The notes under the pieces: generated by a model | What the model was told of the DNA's origin: nothing | The model's input: the letters and a program-made list of their open reading frames with translations, nothing else | Database searches by the model: none | Shown here: positions 42,150 through 51,897 of the stretch, piece after piece | Numbering within the stretch: the first letter of the stretch is position 1 | Layout of the letters: each line of letters begins with the position of its first letter | Position numbers and translations under genes: made by a program | DNA from: Polyangiaceae bacterium | GTDB taxonomy: Bacteria > Myxococcota_A > Polyangia > Polyangiales > Polyangiaceae | Direction of reading: 5' to 3' | Length of the DNA stretch: 64,000 nt | NCBI GenBank assembly: GCA_965222375.1 | Contig: CBDCTZ010000012.1 | Span: 416,001 to 480,000, forward strand

Positions 42150-44693
42150 CTAGCGGATCCGCCCGGGCGCTGGCGGGCGGGCGGTTGCACCCTCTTCGGG
42201 CCAGGCGTGCTTGGGATATCGGCGCATGAGTGTCTTGCGCTGGCTCGGGTAGTGCCGCTGCCAGAAGCCTGCCAGATCCGATGTCACTTGGACGGCGCGC
42301 TTGTTGGGGGCGAGTAGATGGAGCGTTAGCGCCACGCGTCCATCCGCCACGGATGGGCCTTGCTTCATTCCAAAAAAGTCCTGGAGCCGAGAAGCGATGA
42401 AGGGAGGTTGACCCCGGACGTACTGGACCTCGAGGCTCCGACCCCCGGCCAGGGTGACGCGTTCCGGGGCGAAGCGCGTGAGCAGATCGAGGGTTTTGGC
42501 GGGCAAGCGTGCCAACGCCAGTTTGGCCAAGTCCAGCTCGCCGAGTTCCGCCAGGCTCACGCAGCCAGCGCAAGCAGCGTTGAGCACCTCGTCGCGTAGG
42601 CCGTCTTCGAGGGATGAGATGCCGTGTTCCGGCATGGCATCCCTCAGCAGTGCGAGTCGTGCCGTCAACCGCAGCCAGCTTGCCGCCGCCTCCGGGCGCG
42701 CGGCGAGCTGGCTGGCAGCGGCCGCGGCGAGCAGGCTGGAGGCTTCTTCTGAAGGCTCGGCCGGGGCGACGTGCTCGTCCAGAACGACTGACCCAACGTT
42801 CAAACGCGTAACGCGGACGACCCGCGCTGCCGCGTCGCTCCACTCCAACTCATCGTATTCCGTCAACAGCCCGTCATAACCGTCCAACAGCCACTCGGCC
42901 TCGACAGCGCTGGCGAGACGCAACGTCGATCGTCCTTGGCGGCCGCTTTCGTCTGCGTCAACCACTGCGACAAGCATGGCGTCTTTGACCACGCTCGATT
43001 CCGCGAGCACGGCGCCCTTTCCCGAGGCGAGGCTGAATTCCGCGCCGCCGTGTCGCTTGCGGCGGGCGAGGCGATCCGCAAAGCCCGCAAGAACCGAACG
43101 CATCAGCGCGGTTTCACGAGGCTCGTCTTCTTTGGGCTGACGGTTCTTGCAGAGGCGCCCGAGTCGCGTTTGTGCCCGATCGACCGCGCGCACACTGGCC
43201 GAGTCCAGTTCGAGCAGATTCAGGACTTGCCGCGAGAATCGGGCATCCCGGGCCTCTTCGAACAGGTCGACGAGTTCCAATACGTCCGAGGGGCCTCGGC
43301 GCACGTCGGCGCTGCCCTGTTGGCCAAATCGCGTGCGCGCCCGTCGGCGGATGTCCCGTTCCGACAGCAGCGCGGCGGCCAGCGCAGCTTGCTCGGCTAC
43401 GCCCCGGTCTTCCCCTTCCACGACCAGGCGCGCCAGCCGTGGATGCAAGGGATAACGCAGCATGCGGCGCCCTAGCGAAGTCAACTGGCCGGCCGCATCC
43501 GTGGCAGACAAGGCACGCAGCAAGCGTTCGGCAGCTTCCTCGGCGGCCGAGGCAGGGGGAGTGAGCCAACGCAGCTCGGATGTGTCCTCCACTCCGTGCC
43601 CAAGCAGCATCAAGCGCAGGTCCGCAAGATCGGCTCGCGAGATTTCTGGGGCGTCGAAGGCTGGGCGTCGCTCGAAACTCCCCCGGCTGTACAGGCGTCG
43701 TACCTGCCCGGGGGCGACTCGGCCGGCCCGGCCCGCCCGTTGGTCCGCCGAGGCCCTGGAGATTTCCACCGTTTGCAGCCGAGACAAGCCCGACCAAGGG
43801 CTGACCTTTGCCACGCGCGCAAGACCAGAATCGATCACTGCGGTGACGCCTGGCACGGTGACGGAAGACTCCGCAACGTTGGTTGCGACTACGACTTTGC
43901 GCTTTGGGCTGGGAGCCAGGGCGCGGACCTGTTCGTCGAGAGGCAGATCGCCATGCAGGGCGAGGACCGAAAAATCCGCCTGCTGCGCCAAACTCGCGAG
44001 CGCGTCGCTGCTGGCTCGGATCTCTCGGGCGCCGGGTACGAACACCAAGACGTCTCCTTCGGTGGGTTGGAGCATCAGAGCCCGAACCGCACTGGCGATC
44101 TGCTTCTCGAGAGGCCGGTCGTCGATCTTGTCGATGTATTCGAGACTGAGTGGATAGCTACGACCCGCCGCGCTCAGGCAAGGGCAGTCCAAGAATGCGC
44201 CTACCTGCTCGGCGTCGAGGGTCGCGCTCATCACCAGCACGATGAGGTCCTTACGCGCTCCCTTCCGAAGTCGGTCCGCCAGGGCTAGTGCCAGATCCGT
44301 ATTCAGGCTCCGTTCGTGGAACTCGTCCAGTATCAGCACGGAGACGCCATCCAACTTGGGGCTGTCGAGCAGCTTGCGGACCAGGACGCCTTCGGTCACG
44401 TAGCGCAGTCGAGTCTTTGGGCCGGTAACGTCTTCGAATCGAACGCTGTATCCCACGGCGTCGCCAACGCGCTCGCCTCGCTCGTTAGCAACCCGGCGCG
44501 CAGCTAGGCGCGCAGCCAAGCGTCGCGGTTCACTGACCCAGATCTCCCCCGGGAAGTGTGGCAGGAGCGCCTCAGGCACCCGAGTCGTCTTGCCCGCGCC
44601 GGATTCGGCGGACAGTACCAAGGCGCGCTGTTTGTCGAGTGCGTTGACGATTGCGCCCAGGTGCTCGTCGATGGGTAGTGCCGTGCGGGCCAC
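42150..44693 (-). CDS. hrpB: ATP-dependent helicase HrpB
   Basis: GAGKTT, DEFHERS, MSAT, ATNVAESS.T, QRAGRAGR; C-terminal SRLQDFFG, LLAPN.RAVQVT.DL.GFW and RYPKH.WP. Confidence 0.96.
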   Translation of the reverse strand: MARTALPIDEHLGAIVNALDKQRALVLSAESGAGKTTRVPEALLPHFPGEIWVSEPRRLAARLAARRVANERGERVGDAVGYSVRFEDVTGPKTRLRYVTEGVLVRKLLDSPKLDGVSVLILDEFHERSLNTDLALALADRLRKGARKDLIVLVMSATLDAEQVGAFLDCPCLSAAGRSYPLSLEYIDKIDDRPLEKQIASAVRALMLQPTEGDVLVFVPGAREIRASSDALASLAQQADFSVLALHGDLPLDEQVRALAPSPKRKVVVATNVAESSVTVPGVTAVIDSGLARVAKVSPWSGLSRLQTVEISRASADQRAGRAGRVAPGQVRRLYSRGSFERRPAFDAPEISRADLADLRLMLLGHGVEDTSELRWLTPPASAAEEAAERLLRALSATDAAGQLTSLGRRMLRYPLHPRLARLVVEGEDRGVAEQAALAAALLSERDIRRRARTRFGQQGSADVRRGPSDVLELVDLFEEARDARFSRQVLNLLELDSASVRAVDRAQTRLGRLCKNRQPKEDEPRETALMRSVLAGFADRLARRKRHGGAEFSLASGKGAVLAESSVVKDAMLVAVVDADESGRQGRSTLRLASAVEAEWLLDGYDGLLTEYDELEWSDAAARVVRVTRLNVGSVVLDEHVAPAEPSEEASSLLAAAAASQLAARPEAAASWLRLTARLALLRDAMPEHGISSLEDGLRDEVLNAACAGCVSLAELGELDLAKLALARLPAKTLDLLTRFAPERVTLAGGRSLEVQYVRGQPPFIASRLQDFFGMKQGPSVADGRVALTLHLLAPNKRAVQVTSDLAGFWQRHYPSQRKTLMRRYPKHAWPEEGATARPPAPGRIR

Positions 44694-44775
44694 GCGACTG
44701 GCTTAGCAGTCCCGCGGCCCCGTGTGCTCGGCTTTTGATCCAGGCGTTGCCGGGGCAGCGCGTTATGCTCCCTGG

Positions 44776-45432
44776 GTGGCGCAGCGCATTGCCCTCTTCG
44801 ACATGGATCGCACTCTCGTGCGTGTCGACACCGCCACGCTCTACGTGCGTTATCAGCGCAAGCTGGGCGAAATCAAGACGCGGGATTCGCTGCGCATCGC
44901 TTGGTGGCTGCTCCGCTACACCTTTGGACTATTGGATCCTGCCACCGTGGCGGAGAAGGCTCTGCGCGGCTACCGCGGAAAGCGCGAGAGCTGGATGGTC
45001 GATCGCTGCGACCGCTGGTTCGACGAATACGTTGTCCCCCATGTCGCCGCAGCGGGGCGGCGTGCGGTGCAAGAGCACACGGAGCGTGGAGACGTGGTGG
45101 CCATCGTGACCGGAGCCACGCCCTACGCGGCACGACCCCTTGCGCGGCTCTTGGGTATCGAACACGTCGTCTGCACCGAGTTGGAAGTGGACGAGGCGGG
45201 CCGCTTCACGGGGCAGGTGCGGGCGCCCATGTGTTTCGGCGTCGGAAAACGCACCCGCGCACAACGATTCGCTGACGACCTCGGCACTAGCTTGGATGAC
45301 GCGATCTTCTACACCGATAGCATCACTGACCTACCCCTACTGGAACACGTGAAAGAGCGCGTGGCGGTCAATCCCGACCCGCGCCTGCGTCGTTTGGCGT
45401 CCCGACGCGGCTGGCGGATTGAGCGTTGGTAG
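44776..45432 (+). CDS. HAD-IB (SerB-like) hydrolase
   Basis: ALFDMDRTL, IVTGA, GK and FYTDSITDLPLL..V....AVNPD. Confidence 0.9.
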   Translation: MAQRIALFDMDRTLVRVDTATLYVRYQRKLGEIKTRDSLRIAWWLLRYTFGLLDPATVAEKALRGYRGKRESWMVDRCDRWFDEYVVPHVAAAGRRAVQEHTERGDVVAIVTGATPYAARPLARLLGIEHVVCTELEVDEAGRFTGQVRAPMCFGVGKRTRAQRFADDLGTSLDDAIFYTDSITDLPLLEHVKERVAVNPDPRLRRLASRRGWRIERW

Positions 45433-45438
45433 CGAGCG

Positions 45439-46158
45439 TCAGCCCTTGACGCGGATCGCCCAAGTCAGTTTGGCGACACTCTTGAGCACGTTGGGGACGC
45501 GCTTGAACAGATTGATTGACGGAGGCCGCTTCTCGATGACCCGCACGGGGATTTCGAGGACTCGCAGCTTGGCGCGATAGGCCCGGATCACGAACTCGCT
45601 GGCGAAGACGTCCTTGTCCACCAGGCAGGAGCGCACGATGTCCAGCAGGGACTCACGGCGGAAGGCCTTGAGGCCGTGGGTATCTGTTCCGCGAAAGCCC
45701 AGCAGCTGTCGCAGCAGCCCCGTGTAGACGATGCTGGCGGCGTGACGCAGGAAGGGGCGCTCGTCTTCGGCACCGCCGATCAGCTTCGAGCCGATCACCA
45801 TGTCGGCCTCCCGAGCGTCGAGGATTTCGACGGCTCGCTGATGGAAATCCGTGTCGCAGAGGTCGATCTCCTCACACAGCACAATCTCACCCTTGGCCGA
45901 AAGAATGCCCTGCTTGAGCGCCATGCCGTAGTTCGGCTCACCCGCGGAGAGCATGCGCACCTGTTCGTACTTCTCCGCGAGCTCCTCGGCGATCTCGATG
46001 GTTCGGTCCTTCGAGCCGTTTTCGGCGATGATGACCTCGTACGCCCATCCGAAGGGGCTGAGGCGTTCGCGCAGGTCGACGATGGCTGCGTGCAAGATCG
46101 CTTCCTCGTTGTAGACGGGGATGACGATGGAAATGCGGGGGGCCGCTGCGTCGTTCAT
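45439..46158 (-). CDS. Glycosyltransferase family 2 (polyprenol-phosphate sugar synthase / DPM1-like)
   Basis: [26 protein letters not shown] and [10 protein letters not shown]. Confidence 0.88.
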   Translation of the reverse strand: MNDAAAPRISIVIPVYNEEAILHAAIVDLRERLSPFGWAYEVIIAENGSKDRTIEIAEELAEKYEQVRMLSAGEPNYGMALKQGILSAKGEIVLCEEIDLCDTDFHQRAVEILDAREADMVIGSKLIGGAEDERPFLRHAASIVYTGLLRQLLGFRGTDTHGLKAFRRESLLDIVRSCLVDKDVFASEFVIRAYRAKLRVLEIPVRVIEKRPPSINLFKRVPNVLKSVAKLTWAIRVKG

Positions 46159-47468
46159 TGGATGAGCTCCCGCGCACGCTTTGCTGCGTCGCGACCAAAG
46201 ATCAAGGCGTCTTCCATGGATGAGTAGTTCCAGCCGCCGTAGCGGCCCGAGGAGATCACCCGTTCCTCTTCGAGGAAGCGAAATACGGTTTCCGTCGCCG
46301 AGAAGTAGTTGTGATCGAAGATGACGTAGGCGTGGTCGATCTTACGCACCCGGGCGAAGGCGATGTCGTCCGGGCGCTCGATAATCCCCATCTCGATCAG
46401 CCCCTCGGCCACCTCCGGCAGCAGGGCTTCGAGGTCAGGCGCTTCCCGAGACGTGAGCTCGACGTACAGACAGTCTTTGCCGGGTGGCGCCATCTCCGGC
46501 GAGAAATGCGAATAGCAACCCACCCGATAGAAGGCGTACTTCTCTTCGGGCACGTAGATCCAGTGAACGTCCTTCCCGCAGGGCCTCGAAAGCGCGACGT
46601 CTAGATAGTACAGGTGCGTGCAGCGTAGCTTGCCGGCTGCAGCTTCGACTTCATCGGGCAGGTCGGCAATCAGCGACATCAAGACCGACAATGGTGCGGT
46701 CGAAATCAACGTGTCGAAGCGCAAGTGCATGTCGTCGAACTCGACGGTGCGCGCGTTCAGATCGATACGGCTCGGCGCGCGACCGTATTCCACTTTGCCG
46801 TGGGCCTGCGCCATGGCCTTGGGGAGCTCGCCGATCCCTTTGCGGGGATAGGTGAAGTGCGTGTTGTAACCGAGTTCGCGATCGTTCTTCCCGACCGCTC
46901 CGGCCAGGACGTCTTCGAGCTTGGGCAGGGGCACGAAGCGCTGACACCAGTCGCTAGTGATCTCCTTGGGATGCACGCCCCACAGGCGAGCGTTGTAGGG
47001 GATCATGAAGTGGCGGCTGATTCCCTCGCCGAAGTGGGTCAGGCAGAACTCCTCGAAGTTGGTCGGCTGCGGTTTGTTCGGGTTGAAGTGGGCCTGCACG
47101 AAGCCGAGGACGCATTCGTAAGCAACGTCTGCGGGCAGTCCAAAGGTGTTGGCCTGAAACGGGTAGCGCGTGTACGCACCGTTGGACCAGATCACGCTGC
47201 GACGCTGTACTTCCACGATGTCGCCGCCCAGCCAGCCCAGAGCAAGCTCGCGCATCTCTGGATCGCGCAGATGCAGCAGGTGCCCGGTGCGGTCGAATCG
47301 ATAGCCGGAATCTTCCAGGGTAATCGCGTGCCCACCCGGGTGCTGAAGTTTCTCGAGCAGGCGGTGCTCGACCTTGGCCTCGGCCAAATGCAGGCCCGCA
47401 CTCAAGCCGGTCAATCCGGCCCCGAGCACGACGACTGGGCTATGTTCCGACCGGACCGGCTGGGCCAT
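46155..47468 (-). CDS. FAD-dependent oxidoreductase (UDP-galactopyranose mutase / HemY-like fold)
   Basis: [31 protein letters not shown] and [14 protein letters not shown]. Confidence 0.8.
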   Translation of the reverse strand: MAQPVRSEHSPVVVLGAGLTGLSAGLHLAEAKVEHRLLEKLQHPGGHAITLEDSGYRFDRTGHLLHLRDPEMRELALGWLGGDIVEVQRRSVIWSNGAYTRYPFQANTFGLPADVAYECVLGFVQAHFNPNKPQPTNFEEFCLTHFGEGISRHFMIPYNARLWGVHPKEITSDWCQRFVPLPKLEDVLAGAVGKNDRELGYNTHFTYPRKGIGELPKAMAQAHGKVEYGRAPSRIDLNARTVEFDDMHLRFDTLISTAPLSVLMSLIADLPDEVEAAAGKLRCTHLYYLDVALSRPCGKDVHWIYVPEEKYAFYRVGCYSHFSPEMAPPGKDCLYVELTSREAPDLEALLPEVAEGLIEMGIIERPDDIAFARVRKIDHAYVIFDHNYFSATETVFRFLEEERVISSGRYGGWNYSSMEDALIFGRDAAKRARELIQ

Positions 47469-47515
47469 GAGACGTGCGGAAGCTAGGGAAAGCGTGGGGG
47501 AAAGTCAAAGTTGGC

Positions 47516-50233
47516 TCAGTGCGCTTCATTCCAGCTGGGTCCGTTGCCCACATCGACCACCAAAGGCACCTTGAGCTCCCACACGTTCTCCATCGCTTCC
47601 CGGACTTTTTCCCGGGCCGCGGCCACCTCCGCGTCGGGTACCTCGAACACCAGTTCGTCATGCACCGTCAGTACCATGTGGGCGCCTGGGGTCACTGGCT
47701 TCGCCAGGGCGACCATGGCCAATTTGAGCAGGTCCGCAGCCGTGCCCTGGATCGGAGCGTTCATGGCGATGCGCTCGGCCGCCAGTCGCCGCGCCCGGTT
47801 GCCGCTGCGCACGTCCGGGACCAAGCGCCTTCTACCCAGCAGGGTCTGCACCGAGTCACTCTGGCGTGCGTTGGCGAGGGTGCGATCCATGAACGCCCGT
47901 ACGCCCTCGTAGCGTGCGAAGTAAGTCTCGATGAACGCAGCGGCTTCCGAGCGAGGGATCCCCAGGCTCTTGGCGAGTCCGCTCTCCCCTTGGCCGTAGA
48001 TCACGCCGAAGTTGACGGCCTTGGCACGGCGACGATGTTCCGCGCTAACGTCGTCCCCACTGACGCCAAAGATCTCCATGGCGGTGCGGGTGTGGATGTC
48101 TTGCCCGCTTCGGAAGGCGTCCAAGAGTACCGGGTCGTCAGACAGGTGCGCTAACACGCGTAGTTCGATTTGGGAGTAGTCGGCGCTCAGGATGGCAGCG
48201 CCGGGCGGTGCGACGAATGCGCCTCGGATCTCTCTTCCCAGCTCCGAGCGAATCGGTATGTTTTGCAGATTCGGATCCATCGAGGACAGTCGCCCGGTGG
48301 CGGCGACTGCCTGTTCCCAGGAACTGTGGATGCGCCCCGTGTTGGGATTGACCAAAGCTGGAAGGGCGTCGATGTAGGTACCCTTCAACTTGGCGATTTG
48401 CCGGATTTCCAGGATCAGTGCGGGCAGGGGGTGCTCCCCGGCCAGCGCCTCGAGGGTGGCGGCATCGGTGGAGCGCGAGGTTTTGGTGCGCTTGATGGGT
48501 TTCAGTCCTAGTTCGTCGAAGAGAATGCCCTCGAGTTGGCGCGGCGAGTTGACGTTGAATGCCTTGCCAGCGGCCTCATGGGCTTTGGTTTCGAGGTCCT
48601 GCAATTCCTTTTCGCAGCGTGTGCCCAGCCGCTGCAGGCGCTCGGTGTCGACCAGTACCCCTCGACGCTCCATGCGGGCCAAGACCCGGGAAAGGGGGCG
48701 CTCCACGGTTTCGTAGAGTTCGGTCAACGACAGTTCGCTCAGGCGCCGCGCGTATCGCTCGCTGAGGCGTCCAACCGCGTCCGCTCGAGCGGCGCAGTAT
48801 TGGGTAGCGTCCTGGGTGGAGACTTCGTCGAAGCTCAGGTGGCGTCCCCGGGCGGGTTTGGTCAACTGCTCCCGCGGTTCGAGATCGAGGCGTGCTTCGG
48901 CTTTGGCGAGGGGCTCGATGCGATGTTGAGTCTCCGGGTCGATCAGGTAGTGGGCGATCTCCGTGTCGAAGTCACCGCCCTCGAGTGCCATGCCATGCCA
49001 GGCGAAGAGCACCTCCGCCTGCTTCTGCCCGTGGCATTGCTTGCTGATCTTGGAATCCGACAAGACCGGGCCGAGGACGCGTTGAACCGTGGCCAAGGGA
49101 ATGGGGCGTGGGCCCTCCAGACTGCGGTGGCCAATGGGGACATAGCGAGCGACGCCGGGCGTCAGGGACACCGCGATTCCCGCGAGCCCCTCCCAGGGTT
49201 TGGCCGGGTCGACGGCCTCGGGCCAGAGGGCCACCTGGCTCGCGTCTTTGGCTGCGTTCGCGAGCTTTTCCAGGTCTGCTTCGGATGTGATCGTGGCGTA
49301 GTCCGTCTTCAGAACCTTCGGCGGCGCTGCGTTTGCCTCGGAAGTTCGCGGCTTTGCCTGTTCGAGCTCCCCGAGTTGGCGGCGAAAACCCAAGGTCGAG
49401 TAGAGCTCTCGCAGCTCTTCCACATCCCGGCCACCCCAGCGCAAGGCATCCAACTCGAAGGGCAGGGGACAGTCGTTCTTGAGGGTCACGAGCTTTTGGC
49501 TCAGCAACGCTTGCTCTTGATGCTCTTGGAGATTCGCTTTCAGTTTCTTCTTCGTGATCTGATCCACATGCTCGTAGACGCCTTCCAGGGTTTCGTACTC
49601 GTTGAGCAGGTCGCGGGCTGTCTTGGGTCCGACGTGGGGCACGCCGGGGATGTTGTCCGAACTATCGCCCATGAGAGCCAGCAGGTCCCGAAGTTGGTTC
49701 ACCCGGACGCCGTAGCGCTCCTCCACCTCCGGGACGCCGAACACTCGGTCGCGCATGGTGTCCCACAGCACGACTTTGTCTGACACCAGCTGCATCAGGT
49801 CCTTGTCGGCACCGACAACGACGACGTTCAGGCCCTGCTCCTCGGCTTGCTTGACGACGGTGGCAATCAGGTCGTCAGCTTCCACCCCAGGCTGCTTGAA
49901 CGTCGGAATGCCGAATGCCTGCACAATCTCCTCGCAGCGCGCGAATTGCACCTTGAGGTCATCCGGTGCCGGGGGGCGGTTGGCCTTGTAGTCTTGGTAG
50001 ATCTGCTTGCGGAACGTGTCGCGGCCGGCGTCCATGGCGATGGCGACGAAGGTTGGTCGGCGCTCCCGCACGAGTCGTTCCAGCATCGTCATCGTGCCGT
50101 AGGTTGCGTGGGTCGGCTCTCCGGTTGGGCTCGTGAGCGGCGTGATGGCGTGGTACGCGCGCAGCACGTAGCTGGACAGGTCGACCACGTACAGCGTGTT
50201 GGGGTCACCTACGGGCGGAAGCGCGCTCGGCAT
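47516..50233 (-). CDS. polA: DNA polymerase I
   Basis: 5'-3' exonuclease (YKANR, EADD, DKDL.QL, GDSSDNIPGV); polymerase motifs ATGRLSS.DPNLQNIP, DYSQIELR, AKAVNFG..YG and VHDE. Confidence 0.98.
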   Translation of the reverse strand: MPSALPPVGDPNTLYVVDLSSYVLRAYHAITPLTSPTGEPTHATYGTMTMLERLVRERRPTFVAIAMDAGRDTFRKQIYQDYKANRPPAPDDLKVQFARCEEIVQAFGIPTFKQPGVEADDLIATVVKQAEEQGLNVVVVGADKDLMQLVSDKVVLWDTMRDRVFGVPEVEERYGVRVNQLRDLLALMGDSSDNIPGVPHVGPKTARDLLNEYETLEGVYEHVDQITKKKLKANLQEHQEQALLSQKLVTLKNDCPLPFELDALRWGGRDVEELRELYSTLGFRRQLGELEQAKPRTSEANAAPPKVLKTDYATITSEADLEKLANAAKDASQVALWPEAVDPAKPWEGLAGIAVSLTPGVARYVPIGHRSLEGPRPIPLATVQRVLGPVLSDSKISKQCHGQKQAEVLFAWHGMALEGGDFDTEIAHYLIDPETQHRIEPLAKAEARLDLEPREQLTKPARGRHLSFDEVSTQDATQYCAARADAVGRLSERYARRLSELSLTELYETVERPLSRVLARMERRGVLVDTERLQRLGTRCEKELQDLETKAHEAAGKAFNVNSPRQLEGILFDELGLKPIKRTKTSRSTDAATLEALAGEHPLPALILEIRQIAKLKGTYIDALPALVNPNTGRIHSSWEQAVAATGRLSSMDPNLQNIPIRSELGREIRGAFVAPPGAAILSADYSQIELRVLAHLSDDPVLLDAFRSGQDIHTRTAMEIFGVSGDDVSAEHRRRAKAVNFGVIYGQGESGLAKSLGIPRSEAAAFIETYFARYEGVRAFMDRTLANARQSDSVQTLLGRRRLVPDVRSGNRARRLAAERIAMNAPIQGTAADLLKLAMVALAKPVTPGAHMVLTVHDELVFEVPDAEVAAAREKVREAMENVWELKVPLVVDVGNGPSWNEAH

Positions 50234-50377
50234 CCCGACTGCCTACCAGAGCTTTGGCGCGCAAAGGAGTCCGGGGGGGCGCCTAACCGCGGGTTGTCGC
50301 AGAAAAGGCCCCGACTTTCCTTGAATTTCGCCGAGTGCTCGCCCAAGCGTGGTCGGGGCAGTATCCTACGCAATCGT

Positions 50378-51826
50378 ATGGCGGATCCTGAGCACGTGAA
50401 CGAGGTCGTTGCGGGCAAGTACCGCGTGACCCGCCTGCTTGGTCAAGGTGGCATGGGGTCCGTCTGGGAGGGAGTGCACGCCAGCCTCGGTACCAGAGTC
50501 GCGATCAAGTTCATCGACAAGGAGCACGCAGACAGCGATGAGGCGCGGAGCCGTTTCGTCAACGAGGCCCGGGCGGCGGCACGGCTTCAGACCAAACATG
50601 TCGTTAACGTGTACGACCAGGGTGTGACCGAGGATGGTCGTCCGTACATCGTGATGGAGTTCTTGGTGGGCGAGCCCTTGGATCAGCGACTGTCCCGAGT
50701 AGGCAAGCTCGCACCCGACGCAACGGCGGTCATCTTGCTCCAGGTTTGCCGCGCGCTGACCAAGGCGCATGCGGCCGGCATCGTGCACCGGGATCTCAAA
50801 CCCGAAAACGTGTTTCTGGTATTCGACGAGGAAGACAGCACGGAGATTGCCAAGGTCGTGGACTTCGGTATCGCGAAATTCACTGACGCCAGCATGGGCG
50901 TGTCTTCCTCGACCCGCACCGGCTCCGTGCTGGGGACCCCGTACTACATGAGCCCGGAGCAGGCCCGGGGCCTGCGTACCGTGGATACGCGTTCGGACTT
51001 GTGGTCTTTGGGGGTGATTGGCTTCCTGTGCATGGTCGGTCGGCTGCCGTTCACCGGCGAGGCGGTAGGCGACTTGCTGGTCAAGATTTGCACGGCACCC
51101 GTTCCGGTTCCCTCGCAGCTCAACCCCGAGCTCACGCCGGAGATCGACGCGTGGTTTGCCAAAGCACTGGCGCGAGAGCCGGACGAGCGGTTTCAGGACG
51201 CGAAGGACCTTGCGGCGTCTCTCGGGGAAGCCGTCGGGATCGCACCACGGTCGAAAATGGGGTCGACGCTTCAGGAGCTCCCTTCGGGGCCCATGAATGC
51301 GTCGCCGCCTCCAGCGTCCACGGAACTCTCGGGATCGGCGCTTGGGGTGCGGGAGACGCAGACCGTCAAAGCCTTTACCCAGAGTGCTTCGGCGGTACCG
51401 AAGAAAGGGGTGTCAGGCGCCGTGTTGGCCATCGGTGCTGTGGTCGCGTTGGTCACGCTTGGCGTCGTCGGTGTGGTGGCGGCTCGTGCGTTGATCAGTC
51501 CCACCGCCGCCGCCTCAGTCAGTTCCGAAGTCGCTCCTGCAGCCGATCCGCCAGCTTCGGTCCCAGCGGCGATCGATGTGCCGCCAGATGTCCCTGAGAC
51601 TGCAACGCCGCTGGTGAGTGCTGCGCCCGATCCGCTCGCGAGTGCGGAGCCCATGCCGGCGGCCAAGCCCGCTCCGATGCCCAGACCTCGACCAGCCAGC
51701 AAACCCGCGCGCAAACCGGCATCCAAGCCGACTAGCAAACCCGCCGCAAAACCGGCCAGCAAACCCACTCCCGGGACCAAACCGGCTCCGAAACCCGGTT
51801 CCAAACCTATCGACATCGGCTACTGA
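50378..51826 (+). CDS. Membrane Ser/Thr protein kinase with Pro/Lys-rich extracytoplasmic tail
   Basis: LGQGGMG.V, VAIK, HRDLKPEN, DFGIAK, GTPYYMSPEQ; TM GAVLAIGAVVALVTLGVVGVV; P-x-x-K repeats; ends IDIGY. Confidence 0.95.
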   Translation: MADPEHVNEVVAGKYRVTRLLGQGGMGSVWEGVHASLGTRVAIKFIDKEHADSDEARSRFVNEARAAARLQTKHVVNVYDQGVTEDGRPYIVMEFLVGEPLDQRLSRVGKLAPDATAVILLQVCRALTKAHAAGIVHRDLKPENVFLVFDEEDSTEIAKVVDFGIAKFTDASMGVSSSTRTGSVLGTPYYMSPEQARGLRTVDTRSDLWSLGVIGFLCMVGRLPFTGEAVGDLLVKICTAPVPVPSQLNPELTPEIDAWFAKALAREPDERFQDAKDLAASLGEAVGIAPRSKMGSTLQELPSGPMNASPPPASTELSGSALGVRETQTVKAFTQSASAVPKKGVSGAVLAIGAVVALVTLGVVGVVAARALISPTAAASVSSEVAPAADPPASVPAAIDVPPDVPETATPLVSAAPDPLASAEPMPAAKPAPMPRPRPASKPARKPASKPTSKPAAKPASKPTPGTKPAPKPGSKPIDIGY

Positions 51827-51897
51827 GTGTGCCGCATCCTCTGACCGGCGTCACACGGAGCTTGACCAATGCCGGGAACAGAACGTACGGCTGACAC

